This document shows positions 17,084 through 30,588 of a stretch of DNA of 63,958 bases, in pieces. Below the pieces are notes generated by a model. That model was not told the DNA's origin. It made no database searches and saw only the letters and a list, made by a program, of their open reading frames with translations. A program made the translations under genes and the position numbers. The stretch comes from an uncultured Planctomycetales bacterium. Lineage in GTDB: Bacteria; Omnitrophota; Gorgyraeia; Zapsychrales; Zapsychraceae. The stretch is from positions 1 through 63,958 of the forward strand of contig CAZVZR010000007.1 of NCBI GenBank assembly GCA_964630825.1. Reading direction: 5' to 3'. Every line of letters starts with the position of its first letter. Within the stretch, counting starts at the first letter, position 1.

Positions 17084-18421
17084 ATGAACCTGACAACGAT
17101 TTGGCAAAAAGCTCAAGAAAACATACGCGAAAAAGTTGGTATATCCTCGTATGAAACATGGTTCTCAACCATACAAGTCAAAGAAAAAGATTCGCACACG
17201 TTAATAATCGAAGCCCCAGACGATTTTTTTAAAAACTGGCTTGTCGATCATTACCAGGATTTTATCAAAGATACTTTGCGGGTCGTTGCCAACAAAACCA
17301 TTGAATTGGAGTTTGCCGTCAATTTGCATATTTTAAAGGAGCCCACCCAAAGGCAGCTGGCCCAACTAGAAAAAAATTTCCGCAATGTTCCGGCAACAAA
17401 CCAGTCTCCGCTTATTTCCAGATTTACATTTGAAAATTTTGTTATCGGGCCTTCGAATCGTTTTGCCTGTGCGGCATCATTGGCCGTCGCTGAAGCGCCT
17501 GCAAAAGCATATAATCCGCTCTTTATTTACGGGCAAGTGGGACTGGGAAAAACTCATTTGATTCAAGCCGTAACACACAAAATCCGCGAACTGCACCCGC
17601 ATCTAAAAATTTGCTACTTATCTTCCGAACAATTTACAAACGAATTGATCGAGGCAATTCGCCATCAATCAACCAGTCAATTTCGTAAAAAATATCGAGA
17701 AATGGATATTCTTCTTATTGATGATATCAGTTTTATTGCCGGCAAAGAATCAACCCAGGAAGAATTTTTCCATACTTTTAATTCCTTACACAACAACCGC
17801 AAACAAATTATCATCACTTCTGATCGACCGCCTAAAGACATTGCCAATCTCGAAGAGCGCTTGCGCTCACGTTTTGCTTGGGGTTTAATAACCGATATTC
17901 AACCACCCACCTTTGAAACAAGAGTAGCCATTTTAAAAAAACGGCTGGAATACGAACCCCTTAACGTTCCCGATGATGTGATTAGCTTTATCGCCCAGGA
18001 GGTTAAAACTAATGTCCGCGAACTGGAAGGGGCACTTATGCGAGTTTCGGCCTATTCTGTACTGGAGAAAAGGTCAATCACCCTTGACATCGCCCGCATG
18101 GTCTTAAAAGACATTATTAAAGAAGCGGCCTTGACGGTTAATATTGATACAATTCAAAAGACTGTTTCAAAATACTTTCAAATACCGCTTTCGGAATTAA
18201 GAGCAAAAAGAAGAAGTAAAAATATCGTCTTAGCAAGACAAGTGGCCATGTATCTATCACGAAAATTGGCAAATTTATCGCTTCCCGAGATTGGTTACGC
18301 CTTTGGCGGGAAAGACCATACAACGGTTATGCATTCGTGTAGAAAAATTGAAGATTTGCTAATGGAAGATACGGCCTTGCAAAATGCCGTTGGCGAGTTA
18401 ACAACATCTTTAACTCGATAA
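17084..18421 (+). CDS. dnaA: Chromosomal replication initiator DnaA
   Basis: MNLTTIWQKAQENIREKV..., Walker A GQVGLGKTHL, box VII, and a C-terminal DNA-binding HTH (FGGKDHTTVMHSCRKI). Confidence 0.96.
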   Translation: MNLTTIWQKAQENIREKVGISSYETWFSTIQVKEKDSHTLIIEAPDDFFKNWLVDHYQDFIKDTLRVVANKTIELEFAVNLHILKEPTQRQLAQLEKNFRNVPATNQSPLISRFTFENFVIGPSNRFACAASLAVAEAPAKAYNPLFIYGQVGLGKTHLIQAVTHKIRELHPHLKICYLSSEQFTNELIEAIRHQSTSQFRKKYREMDILLIDDISFIAGKESTQEEFFHTFNSLHNNRKQIIITSDRPPKDIANLEERLRSRFAWGLITDIQPPTFETRVAILKKRLEYEPLNVPDDVISFIAQEVKTNVRELEGALMRVSAYSVLEKRSITLDIARMVLKDIIKEAALTVNIDTIQKTVSKYFQIPLSELRAKRRSKNIVLARQVAMYLSRKLANLSLPEIGYAFGGKDHTTVMHSCRKIEDLLMEDTALQNAVGELTTSLTR

Positions 18422-18574
18422 TTCACAGGATAAAAAATTTTTATACACAGAGATTTTTACCGTAACTTCAATGTTCAGTAGTATTTTTAAGCTTGTTCCA
18501 ATTTTCCACAGAGATTACTACTGCCATTACTATTTTAAATATTTAAAAATAACTTAGTGGGGAGAAATTAAAAC
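18422..18574. promoter_or_regulatory. dnaA-dnaN spacer with two DnaA-box-like 9-mers
   Basis: TTATACACA (18441-18449) and TTTTCCACA (18502-18510). Each is one mismatch from TTATCCACA and both are followed by GAGATT. Confidence 0.45.
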
Positions 18575-19663
18575 ATGAAAATCAAAGCAATAAAAGAAGA
18601 TTTAATGAAAGGAATTCAGGTTGTACAAAATATTGTCTCAACAAAAGCAACATTACCGATTCTTTCTAATATACTTATAGAAACAAGGAAAAACACACTC
18701 AGGTTAAACTCTACCGATTTAGATATTGGCATATCCTGTGAAATACCTGTGGAAGTCAGTGAAGAAGGGGGGATAACTATTCCCGCTAAAAGATTTAGTG
18801 ATATTGTTAAAGAATTACCTGATGGGGAAGTGGTTGTTCATGTTAAAAAGAACAATCAGATCGATATTGAGGGAGTAAATTGCCGGTTTAAATTAATGGG
18901 TTTACCTAAAGATGAGTTTCCTAAATTCCCTGAATTTAAAGATAAAGAAGTTATTAAGATAGCCCAGGGGTTGTTAAAGGAAATGTTTCGATTAACAACT
19001 TTTGCTGTGTCACATGAAGAGTCGAGGTATGTATTAAATGGTGTATTATTGGAAATAGCCGGGGATGTGATTCGTATTGTCGCCACGGATGGCCGAAGAT
19101 TGGCTAAGGCAGAAAAAAAATTAAGCTTAAACACGACGAAGAACATTATCGCTATTATTCCCATTAAAGCTATCCAAGAATTAAATCGCAATTTAAAAGA
19201 TGAAGGGGAAGTCGCGTTGATTGTGGGTAATAACCAAGCTTTATTTGATATTGATGGAGTTTTAATTGCGACCCGCATTATCGAAGGAGAGTTTCCGAAT
19301 TATAATCAAGTCATCCCCAAACCTGTTAAAAACCGCATTAAGATGAACACCCAGGTTTTCCTTTCTTCCATCCGCCGCGCCAATCTATTGTCCACACCGG
19401 ATTTTCAAGCTGTGAAATTCGAGGTTTTCCCTAATAAAATGGTTGTTTCAAAAACAACACCGGACATCGGCGAATCGAGAGAAGAACTGCCTATTGAATA
19501 CGGCGGGTCAGAAATGGTCGTCGGTTTTAATCCACAATTTCTCATCGATTTTCTAAAAAATATCAACGATGAGAATATTGAAATGGAATTATTAGGTGCC
19601 GATAAGCCAGCGGTGATGCGGCTAGATGATTATTTGTATTTGGCCCTACCGATGCGCATTTAG
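18575..19663 (+). CDS. dnaN: DNA polymerase III beta sliding clamp
   Basis: 362 aa, three-domain clamp, directly after dnaA. Confidence 0.95.
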   Translation: MKIKAIKEDLMKGIQVVQNIVSTKATLPILSNILIETRKNTLRLNSTDLDIGISCEIPVEVSEEGGITIPAKRFSDIVKELPDGEVVVHVKKNNQIDIEGVNCRFKLMGLPKDEFPKFPEFKDKEVIKIAQGLLKEMFRLTTFAVSHEESRYVLNGVLLEIAGDVIRIVATDGRRLAKAEKKLSLNTTKNIIAIIPIKAIQELNRNLKDEGEVALIVGNNQALFDIDGVLIATRIIEGEFPNYNQVIPKPVKNRIKMNTQVFLSSIRRANLLSTPDFQAVKFEVFPNKMVVSKTTPDIGESREELPIEYGGSEMVVGFNPQFLIDFLKNINDENIEMELLGADKPAVMRLDDYLYLALPMRI

Positions 19664-19726
19664 CAAAAATTTTAAAAAATTTCTAGCCCCCTTAATATAC
19701 GGCGGCTATACTATGGTTCTTGTGAT

Positions 19727-22509
<2,783 letters not shown>

Positions 22510-22518
22510 GGAATACCG

Positions 22519-24990
22519 ATGGCCCGCGATTTAACTGCTAAAGAAAAAATAGTCCCAATTCATATCGAACAGGAAATGAAAAGCTCCTATCTTTCCTATT
22601 CGATGAGCGTCATTGTTGGCCGTGCCTTGCCGGACGTCCGTGACGGCGTGAAGCCTGTTCACCGCCGCATCTTGTACGCGATGAAAGAGTTGGGGCTCGA
22701 ATATCCCAAGACATATAAAAAATGTGCTCGTATCGTCGGGGAAGTTTTAGGTAAATACCATCCGCACGGCGATGTTGCGGTGTATGAAACATTGGTACGT
22801 TTGGTTCAAGATTTTTCGATGCGGTACCCATTAGTCGATGGCCAGGGAAACTTTGGTTCCGTGGACGGCGATGCCGCAGCCGCGATGCGCTATACCGAAG
22901 CGCGCATGGCAGCGATCACCAGCGAAATGCTGGGCGATATCGACAAGGAAACGGTTAATTTTGCTCCCAATTTTGATGCCACGCTAGAAGAGCCCACGAT
23001 TCTTCCGGCGGCTTTGCCGAATTTAATGGTCAACGGTTCAAGCGGAATTGCCGTTGGGATGGCTACCAATATGCCGCCGCACAATTTAGGCGAGGTTGTC
23101 GAAGCCATTATTCATTTGATTGATAATCCCGAAGTCACGATTAAAGATCTCGGAAAATTTATCAAAGGCCCGGATTTTCCGACGGGCGGAATTATTTGCG
23201 GCCGTGAGGGAATTCACGATGCTTACAACACCGGCCGCGGTAAAATTATTGTTCGTGCCAAAGCCAGTATTGAACGGCAAAAAGGGAACAAAGATACCAT
23301 TGTTGTTACTGAACTTCCTTATCAGGTCAACAAAGCGAATCTGATAGAAGCCATCGCTGATTTAGTGCAGGAAAAAAAGGTCGAAGGCATTTCGGATATC
23401 CGCGATGAATCCGACAAAGACGGCATTCGAGTTGTCATTGAACTGCGCCGCGATGTCGAGGCGCAGATAGTTTTGAATTATCTTTATAAACATACTCAGC
23501 TGGAAACCACCTTTGGTATTATCAACCTTGCTCTGGCCAACAGCCGCCCGGAAGTTTTAAACTTAAAACAAATTTTAGTTCATTACATTAATCATCGCCG
23601 CACAGTTATCCGTCGGCGAACACAGTTTGATTTAGACCGTGCTTTGCGCCGCGCGCATATTCTCGAAGGATTGCGCATCGCGATTAATCATATCAATCAA
23701 ATTATCAAGACGATCCGCGAGTCTAAAAATACACCGCAGGCCAAAGTAAATTTAATGGACGGGTTTGGCCTTTCCGAAATTCAGGCGCAGGCCATTTTGG
23801 AAATGCAGTTGCAGCGCCTAACCGCGCTTGAGCGTGATAAAATTGATAGTGAATATCAAGAACTTTTAAAGGCGATCGATGAATATCGGGCGATTTTAGC
23901 TTCGGAGAAAAGAATTGAAGCGATCATTAGGACTGAGCTCGAAGAGATTAAAAAGAAATTCAATGATGAACGACGGACAGAAATTACCGGGAAGGCGGAA
24001 GAAATTGAAGTCGAAGACTTGATTGCCGAAGAAGACATGGCGATCACTATCAGCAATGAAGGTTATATCAAACGTTTGGCCGTGTCCGCATACCGCAAAC
24101 AAAAACGCGGCGGGCGCGGTGTTTCCGCGATGACGATGAAAGAAGAAGATTTTATTAAACAGCTTTTTGTCGCTTCATCCAAAGATTACTTGTTGGTTTT
24201 TTCCAGTAAGGGGATTGTCCGCTGGCTTAAGGTTTATGAAATTCCGATCGCTTCGCGGACAGCGAAAGGGAAAAATATCGTCAATCTTCTTTCGGTAAAC
24301 AAGGATGAAGAAATTAGCGCTATTGTGGCGGTGCGGGAGTTTACCGACGATCAATATTTGGTAATGGCCACGGCACTGGGCAATGTTAAAAAGACTAAGT
24401 TGTCAGCTTTCAGCAATCCGCGCAAGGCCGGGATTGTCGGGATAACATTGGATAAAAGCGACCGGCTTATCGGGACAACGTTAAGCAACGGGAAACAGGA
24501 AGTTTTGGTGGCAACACGACAGGGGAAATCTCTGCGGTTTTCTGAAAAAGATATTCGCGACATGGGGCGCGGGGCCAAAGGCGTGCGCGGAATTAGGTTG
24601 GGTAAAGGCGACGAAGTCGTCGGTATGGAAGTTTTTCAGCCAGAGGTTGCCAAGACTGGAGCAAATCTTTTGACGGTGACGAAATTGGGTTTTGCCAAAA
24701 TGTCAGATTTTGAGGAATACCGTATTCAATCGCGCGGCGGAAAAGGCATTATTAATATTAAGGTAACAGAGAAAAACGGATTGGTCGTCGGTGTTTTATC
24801 GGTTATGCCCGATGATGAAGCAATGACGGTGACTAAGCAGGGAATGGTTGTCCGGTGCCCGCTTAAAGAAATTCGACAAACCGGACGCAGTACCATGGGT
24901 GTAAGGTTAATGGCCTTGGAAAAAGGCGATGAAGTTGTTTCGGTGGCGCATCTTGTCGCGAGAGACGGTGAGGAAGAAGAGCAGGCTTGA
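22519..24990 (+). CDS. gyrA: DNA gyrase subunit A
   Basis: AMRYTEARM active-site Tyr region, QRDR-like [18 protein letters not shown], and C-terminal beta-pinwheel repeats. Confidence 0.97.
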   Translation: MARDLTAKEKIVPIHIEQEMKSSYLSYSMSVIVGRALPDVRDGVKPVHRRILYAMKELGLEYPKTYKKCARIVGEVLGKYHPHGDVAVYETLVRLVQDFSMRYPLVDGQGNFGSVDGDAAAAMRYTEARMAAITSEMLGDIDKETVNFAPNFDATLEEPTILPAALPNLMVNGSSGIAVGMATNMPPHNLGEVVEAIIHLIDNPEVTIKDLGKFIKGPDFPTGGIICGREGIHDAYNTGRGKIIVRAKASIERQKGNKDTIVVTELPYQVNKANLIEAIADLVQEKKVEGISDIRDESDKDGIRVVIELRRDVEAQIVLNYLYKHTQLETTFGIINLALANSRPEVLNLKQILVHYINHRRTVIRRRTQFDLDRALRRAHILEGLRIAINHINQIIKTIRESKNTPQAKVNLMDGFGLSEIQAQAILEMQLQRLTALERDKIDSEYQELLKAIDEYRAILASEKRIEAIIRTELEEIKKKFNDERRTEITGKAEEIEVEDLIAEEDMAITISNEGYIKRLAVSAYRKQKRGGRGVSAMTMKEEDFIKQLFVASSKDYLLVFSSKGIVRWLKVYEIPIASRTAKGKNIVNLLSVNKDEEISAIVAVREFTDDQYLVMATALGNVKKTKLSAFSNPRKAGIVGITLDKSDRLIGTTLSNGKQEVLVATRQGKSLRFSEKDIRDMGRGAKGVRGIRLGKGDEVVGMEVFQPEVAKTGANLLTVTKLGFAKMSDFEEYRIQSRGGKGIINIKVTEKNGLVVGVLSVMPDDEAMTVTKQGMVVRCPLKEIRQTGRSTMGVRLMALEKGDEVVSVAHLVARDGEEEEQA

Positions 24991-25082
24991 GGTCGCGGAA
25001 TTTTTCTTGACCAGCTTTAATCGGTAATTATAATAGGGACACATTTCATAATCCGAAACGTAGATTTCGGATTTTTAATTTC

Positions 25083-25156
25083 GACCCCATCGTCTAGCCT
25101 GGTCAGGACACGAGCTTTTCAAGCTCGCAGCACGGGTTCAAATCCCGTTGGGGTCG
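25083..25156 (+). tRNA. tRNA-Glu (anticodon UUC)
   Basis: GACCCCA-TC-GTCT-AGCCTGGTCA-GGAC-A-CGAGC-TTTTCAA-GCTCG-CAGC-ACGGG-TTCAAAT-CCCGT-TGGGGTC-G. Confidence 0.9.
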
Positions 25157-25242
25157 TGATTTTTTTTGTGCAACTAAATAGATATTAAAGAAAAATTACT
25201 CCGAGCGATTATGGAGAGCGAGGAGTTGCCCATTTTTTAAAT

Positions 25243-25276
25243 AACCCTGCAAAAATGATTGCAGGGTTTCTTTTTG
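25243..25276 (+). terminator. Intrinsic terminator
   Basis: AACCCTGCAA-aaatga-TTGCAGGGTT followed by TCTTTTT. Confidence 0.7.
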
Positions 25277-25288
25277 ATAATTGGGTAA

Positions 25289-25315
25289 TTGTCAGCAGAT
25301 TATTTGTGATATACT
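25289..25315 (+). promoter_or_regulatory. Candidate promoter of the PilZ-PilT gene
   Basis: TTGTCA, 15 nt, then TGa-TATACT (extended -10). Confidence 0.4.
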
Positions 25316-25333
25316 TTAATAGATACCAACCAT

Positions 25334-26704
25334 ATGTCGCAAGAACAACGAAAAACTTTGAGGCGCAACATCCGTATCCCGGTTTTTATTTGGGGTAGCG
25401 AAGAAGAGCGTCGTGCTGGTGCGGGACAGGAAGTCGTGACGAAAAATTTAAGCGCCACGGGGCTGGCCTTCTATTCCAAAAAAGTTTATCCCATCGACAT
25501 GAAATTACCCGTAGAAATATTCCTTCCAAGTAGAAAATCTCCTGTTAACTGCAAAGCAAGGATTATGAATTTAGAGGCGCTGCCGAATAAAGAAGAGTAT
25601 CTTTTGGGGGCGCAATTTATGGATTTAAATGAGGAGGACCAGCTTTTAATCGCGTCGTCTGTAGATAAAATGGATTTGTATTTACTTTTAGACAATGCCC
25701 TTAAAGGCGGAGCTTCCGATTTGCATTTAACGGTTGGGCGTCCGCCGCTGGTCCGCTGCGACGGACGGCTTTTCCCGATGGCAGCCGAGGTTGTTGAAGA
25801 AGGCCAAGTCGAAGCCATGCTCTATCCTTTGTTGACAGAACAACAGCTGGCTTATTTTGAAGAGAAGCATGAATTGGATTTTGCGTTTTCCCCGGATGTC
25901 GGGCAGCGGTTTCGGGTGAATATGCACAAACAAAAAGGTTTTGTAGAAGCGGCTATTCGCAGCGTGGCGACGAGTATCCGCTCTTTTGCCGAGCTCGGGT
26001 TGCCAGAAGATATTATGGAACAATTTTGCAGCGAAAGGTCAGGGCTTATTTTAATTGCCGGAATTACCGGCGCCGGTAAAACAACGACGATGTCATCAAT
26101 GGTTGATTTTATGAATCAAACACAGGAACGCGTTATTATTACTATTGAGGATCCTATTGAATATACTTTGAAAAGTGAAAAAAGCATTGTTAAGCAAAGG
26201 GAGTTAGGCACAGATACATTTTCTTATGCCGAAGCTTTACGGCGGTCATTGCGCCAGGATCCGGATGTGATTTGCGTCGGCGAGCTTTTAGACGGCGACT
26301 CTCTTTTGGCGGCGTTGCGTGCGGCCGAAACAGGGCACTTGGTTATCACAACTATCCATGCACCCAGTACTATTGCCGCGATTGAACGGCTGGTAAATTT
26401 ATTTCCTGTTGAGCACGCCTTGAATGTCCGCCAACAATTATCTTCGTGTTTGGTCGGTATAATATATCAGAGTTTGTTGCCGGGACGAATGAGCGGCCGA
26501 GTTTTAGCCACAGAAGTATTAATCAATAATAATGCGATGCGCCATCTTATCCGCGAAGGGCAGTATTCGCAAATGACCAATGTGTTGCAAACAGGCCGTC
26601 AACTCGGAATGTATACCATTCATAATCATTTGCAAAAACTTGTCAAAGAAGGATTGGTCGAGGAAGATGTTGCCGGGGAATTTTTAAAGAAGGAATATGC
26701 GTAA
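25334..26704 (+). CDS. pilT: PilZ-domain / PilT-family type IV pilus retraction ATPase fusion
   Basis: N-terminal PilZ motifs RRNIR and NLSATG. Then PilT core: ASDLHLTVGRPPLVRCDGRL, Walker A GITGAGKTTT, His box TGHLVITTIHA, and AMRHLIREGQ. Confidence 0.85.
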   Translation: MSQEQRKTLRRNIRIPVFIWGSEEERRAGAGQEVVTKNLSATGLAFYSKKVYPIDMKLPVEIFLPSRKSPVNCKARIMNLEALPNKEEYLLGAQFMDLNEEDQLLIASSVDKMDLYLLLDNALKGGASDLHLTVGRPPLVRCDGRLFPMAAEVVEEGQVEAMLYPLLTEQQLAYFEEKHELDFAFSPDVGQRFRVNMHKQKGFVEAAIRSVATSIRSFAELGLPEDIMEQFCSERSGLILIAGITGAGKTTTMSSMVDFMNQTQERVIITIEDPIEYTLKSEKSIVKQRELGTDTFSYAEALRRSLRQDPDVICVGELLDGDSLLAALRAAETGHLVITTIHAPSTIAAIERLVNLFPVEHALNVRQQLSSCLVGIIYQSLLPGRMSGRVLATEVLINNNAMRHLIREGQYSQMTNVLQTGRQLGMYTIHNHLQKLVKEGLVEEDVAGEFLKKEYA

Positions 26705-26787
26705 GCGTTAAATCCTACCAGCTGCATGAAATATCTTTCCATAAAAATTTTTATCAAAAGACAGTTTAGGGGTAAAGGATTATAAAA

Positions 26788-27759
26788 ATGTACGACGTGG
26801 TTTTCTACGAAACATTTAAAGAAGAGGAAGAGGCGCTGAGGAAATATATGCCCGAGCAGGTGCATGCGCTTTACGTTACGCAGACAATACAAGGTGCGGG
26901 GCATAAAAAATCGCCGGCAAAACTTATCAGCATCAGGACACAATCGTACATTCCGCCAAGTTGGGCAAACGAGCTTTCCGGAATCTTGACGCGCAGCCAG
27001 GGATACGATCATTTAGTGGCGTATCGACGAGAAATTAAAAAAGAAATTTCATGTGGATATTTGGGGAATTATTGTGCGCGGGCCATGGCTGAGCATGCGA
27101 TTATGGTGATGTTGATGTTGTTGAGAAAGGCCAAGGCACAACTAAGAAAATTTGAAACATTTGATCGCGATCATCTAACGGGTGGTGAAGCACAGAATAA
27201 AAAGGCGTTAGTTGTCGGAGTGGGGAATATTGGTTCTCAGATCGTTGATATTGTGAAAGCTTTAAAGATGCCGGTGAAAGGCGTGGATGTTGTCAAAAGA
27301 GTAAAGGACTTACAATATGTTTCTTTAGAAAGCGGCGTGGCGTGGGCAGAGGTGATATTTTGCGCGCTTCCTTTAACTGATAAGACAGAAGGATTGCTTG
27401 ATTATCAATTATTAAAAAAAGCCAAGCCAGGGGTAACGTTTATTAATATTTCCCGCGCAGAAACCTCGCCGATTAAAGATATAAAAAAACTCTTGGATGA
27501 AGGCGTCTTGGGGGCACTTAGCTTGGATGTTTATCCTGAAGAAGGAGTTTTGGCTGGATATATGAGGGGAAACACGAAAAACAAAACAAAAACTATCGAT
27601 ACAATTCTGGAACTCAAAGACAAAGAGAATGTTTTATTTACGCCGCACAACGCTTTTAATACCAAGGAATCCCTGGAGTTAAAAGTGCGTCTAAGTGCGC
27701 AGTCTGTAGTTGCTTTTCTTAAGGCTGGAAAATTCCCTACCGCCGTACCCCGCGAATAG
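26788..27759 (+). CDS. D-isomer-specific 2-hydroxyacid dehydrogenase family protein
   Basis: NAD fold VVGVGNIGSQIV and a C-terminal FTPHNAF catalytic His region. Confidence 0.8.
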   Translation: MYDVVFYETFKEEEEALRKYMPEQVHALYVTQTIQGAGHKKSPAKLISIRTQSYIPPSWANELSGILTRSQGYDHLVAYRREIKKEISCGYLGNYCARAMAEHAIMVMLMLLRKAKAQLRKFETFDRDHLTGGEAQNKKALVVGVGNIGSQIVDIVKALKMPVKGVDVVKRVKDLQYVSLESGVAWAEVIFCALPLTDKTEGLLDYQLLKKAKPGVTFINISRAETSPIKDIKKLLDEGVLGALSLDVYPEEGVLAGYMRGNTKNKTKTIDTILELKDKENVLFTPHNAFNTKESLELKVRLSAQSVVAFLKAGKFPTAVPRE

Positions 27760-27978
27760 CTCAATATGAATATACTTGAAAAGATTTTATATTCTTTAAG
27801 GAGACCCTTCGACTCACTTTCGTTCGCTCAAGGTGGTTCGACGTTCAGGTCTAATGGTGAGCAAGCCCAGACCGGGTGATTTTTAATGGCAAGGCGCGTC
27901 GAACCATAAACCCGTTGCAAATTTATTTAAAAACATTAGAATATTAAAATCACAATTTATTAATAAGGAGACAATGCC

Positions 27979-28626
27979 ATGTTAAAAATTTACGGTTCTG
28001 ATTTGTCTAGTCCGTGCAACAAGGTACGTTTTACCGCTAACCACCTTGGCCTTAAGTACGAATATCAGCGGATGAATTTAAGAAACGGCGAACAGCGCGA
28101 AGAATGGTTTGTAAAGCTTAATCCCGTCGGAAAAGTACCGGTCATCGATGATGACGGGTTCATTCTTTTTGAAAGCAACACTATTTGTAAATATCTTGCC
28201 ACCAAAAACAAATCCGAAATTTACCCGCAAGATTTGAAACAAAGGGCCATTGTTGACCAGTGGATTGATTTCGGGACGCTTCATGTCGGCACAGCGATGA
28301 GCCGAGTGTTTTATAATCGCGTGCTTGCCCCCATACGCAACCTTCCTGTCGATGAACAATCATTGAAAGATGGCGTAAAATTCCTAGATCAATTCCTTCC
28401 ACTCGTTGAACAACAGCTTGCCAAGAGTAAATATTTTGCCGGAAATAATTTTACCTTGGCCGATATAAACCTGGTGGCTCTTTTGGACCCCGCTGAAGTA
28501 TCTGATATCGATATTGCGCGATACGCTAAACTTTCTCAGTGGCGCAACGACTTGAGGAAACAAAGTTTTTACACACAGTGTTATAAAGAGTACGGCGAGT
28601 CGTTAAAACAACCGGCAAAAAAGTAA
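27979..28626 (+). CDS. Glutathione S-transferase family protein
   Basis: N-terminal thioredoxin-like GST fold (KVPVIDDDGFILFESNTICKYL) and a C-terminal alpha domain. Confidence 0.85.
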   Translation: MLKIYGSDLSSPCNKVRFTANHLGLKYEYQRMNLRNGEQREEWFVKLNPVGKVPVIDDDGFILFESNTICKYLATKNKSEIYPQDLKQRAIVDQWIDFGTLHVGTAMSRVFYNRVLAPIRNLPVDEQSLKDGVKFLDQFLPLVEQQLAKSKYFAGNNFTLADINLVALLDPAEVSDIDIARYAKLSQWRNDLRKQSFYTQCYKEYGESLKQPAKK

Positions 28627-28655
28627 GAGCGCAGTTTTAATGAGGTACTTAGCGG

Positions 28656-29453
28656 ATGAGAGTAGCTATTATTCAGCTTTCAGCGGGTAGTGATATAGCG
28701 CGCAATGTCGATAAGGCTTTAAGAAATGTTAGGAAAGCTGTTGCCGGAGGCGCAAAATTTATTTTACTTCCGGAATTATTTGTCTACCGCGGGCAGTTGT
28801 CCCAAAATAATGTTTTAAAACATCTCGCCCAACCAATCCCATCGTTGCAGTTAAAGCCGTTTCAGCGTTTGGCCCAAAACTCCAGGGTTTTTATTTTGGC
28901 AGGATCGTGGTACGAAAAGGCAAAAGGAACGAATAAGGCGTACAACACCGCAGTTTTAATTAATCCGCAAGGCAAGATTCAGGTAAAATATCGCAAGCAG
29001 AACTTATTTAATGCCGTTTTGGGCAGAAAAAAATTAAACGAATCTGCTAGGTTTCTTCCGGGCAAAGATTTTGTTGTTGCCAACGTCGATGGCTTTAAAA
29101 CAGGCCTGACCGTTTGTTATGATTTGCGCTTTCCTTTATTATATCGCGAGCTTGCCCAGCGAGGAGCACAAATTTTGTGCGTGCCATCGAATTTTACAAG
29201 AAAAACGGGGCAAGCCCATTGGGAAGTTCTTTTAAGGGCTAGGGCGATTGAAAATCAATGTTATGTTTTGGCGCCCAATCAAATTGGAACGGATTCACGC
29301 GGTGTCGCCAGTTATGGGAACAGCATGATTATTGACCCGTGGGGGCGAATTTTGGCCCGGGCATCCGGTAATAAGGAAGAAATTATTTATACCGATATTA
29401 AGAGAAATGTTTTTAACGAGGCAAGATCGATTTTGCCTGGGATAAGAAATTAA
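28656..29453 (+). CDS. Carbon-nitrogen hydrolase (nitrilase superfamily)
   Basis: E-K-C triad contexts LLPELF, YRKQNLF, LTVCYDLRFP. Confidence 0.85.
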   Translation: MRVAIIQLSAGSDIARNVDKALRNVRKAVAGGAKFILLPELFVYRGQLSQNNVLKHLAQPIPSLQLKPFQRLAQNSRVFILAGSWYEKAKGTNKAYNTAVLINPQGKIQVKYRKQNLFNAVLGRKKLNESARFLPGKDFVVANVDGFKTGLTVCYDLRFPLLYRELAQRGAQILCVPSNFTRKTGQAHWEVLLRARAIENQCYVLAPNQIGTDSRGVASYGNSMIIDPWGRILARASGNKEEIIYTDIKRNVFNEARSILPGIRN

Positions 29454-29482
29454 CAGGATGTTGATAATCACAAGGGGGATGT

Positions 29483-30469
29483 ATGGCAAATAAAACCGTT
29501 CGAGTGGCTGTTACCGGCGCTGCCGGTCAAATAGGTTATGCGCTGTTGTTTCGTATTGCTTCCGGGCAAATGTTTGGCGCCGACGTTAATGTGCATTTGA
29601 ATTTATTGGAGCTCGAGGCGGCTTTGCCGGCGTTAAAAGGGGTGGCGATGGAATTAGACGATTGCGCCTTCCCTCTTCTTAAATCTGTCGTTCAGACGTC
29701 TAAGCCGGAAGTTGCGTTTAAGGACATTGATTGGGCGCTTTTGGTGGGGAGTGTCCCGCGCAAAGAAGGGATGGAGCGCGGTGATTTGTTAAGAATCAAC
29801 GGAGGAGTATTTACCGTTCAAGGGAAAGCCATTTCAGATAACGCGAAACCAACTTGTAAAGTCTTGGTCGTCGGCAATCCCTGCAATACGAACGCATATA
29901 TTGCCAAATCGGTCGCCGCTAAAATTCCAGCAAAGAATTTTTTCGCCATGACTATGCTGGACCAGAACCGCGCGTTGACTCAATTGGCACAAAAAGCCGG
30001 CGTCGATGTCACGGATGTAAAAAACGTTGCTATTTGGGGGAATCATTCGGCAACTCAGTATCCGGATTTTTATAATGCTAATATTAAAGGAAAGCCGGTA
30101 ACCGAAAGTATTCGTGATGAAGCTTGGTTAAAAGGGGAATTTATTGAAACCGTACAGAAGCGCGGGGCGGCGATTATTAAAGCCCGCGGCTTATCATCCG
30201 CTGCTTCGGCGGCCAATGCGGTGGTTGATACGGTGCGCAATTTAATTACGCCGACCCCTAAAGGAGAATTTTTTTCCGTGGCGGTTTCTTCGGATGGCAG
30301 CTATGGCATAGAAAAAGGGATTATGTTTGGTTATCCGGTTCGTTCGGATGGCAAGGATTGGGAAATTGTCCAGGGAATTAATCATAATACCTTTGGGCAG
30401 GAGAAAATTTCTGTAACTTATAAAGAACTTTTGTCCGAAAAAGAAGCTGTCCAAGGGATGTTGGTCTAA
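29483..30469 (+). CDS. mdh: Malate dehydrogenase (LDH-like type 2)
   Basis: [44 protein letters not shown]. Confidence 0.92.
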   Translation: MANKTVRVAVTGAAGQIGYALLFRIASGQMFGADVNVHLNLLELEAALPALKGVAMELDDCAFPLLKSVVQTSKPEVAFKDIDWALLVGSVPRKEGMERGDLLRINGGVFTVQGKAISDNAKPTCKVLVVGNPCNTNAYIAKSVAAKIPAKNFFAMTMLDQNRALTQLAQKAGVDVTDVKNVAIWGNHSATQYPDFYNANIKGKPVTESIRDEAWLKGEFIETVQKRGAAIIKARGLSSAASAANAVVDTVRNLITPTPKGEFFSVAVSSDGSYGIEKGIMFGYPVRSDGKDWEIVQGINHNTFGQEKISVTYKELLSEKEAVQGMLV

Positions 30470-30548
30470 GCTCATAATTTTTAAGCAGTTGGAGCAGACC
30501 AAGGGACATCAAAAATTGTCCTATTTGCAAAAATTTTCTGAAAAACCC

Positions 30549-30577
30549 TTGTTATTTAATTTTTGACTCACTATACT
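30549..30577 (+). promoter_or_regulatory. Candidate promoter
   Basis: TTGTTA, 17 nt, TATACT. Ends 12 nt before the PPIase ATG. Confidence 0.4.
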
Positions 30578-30588
30578 TATAAATACCT

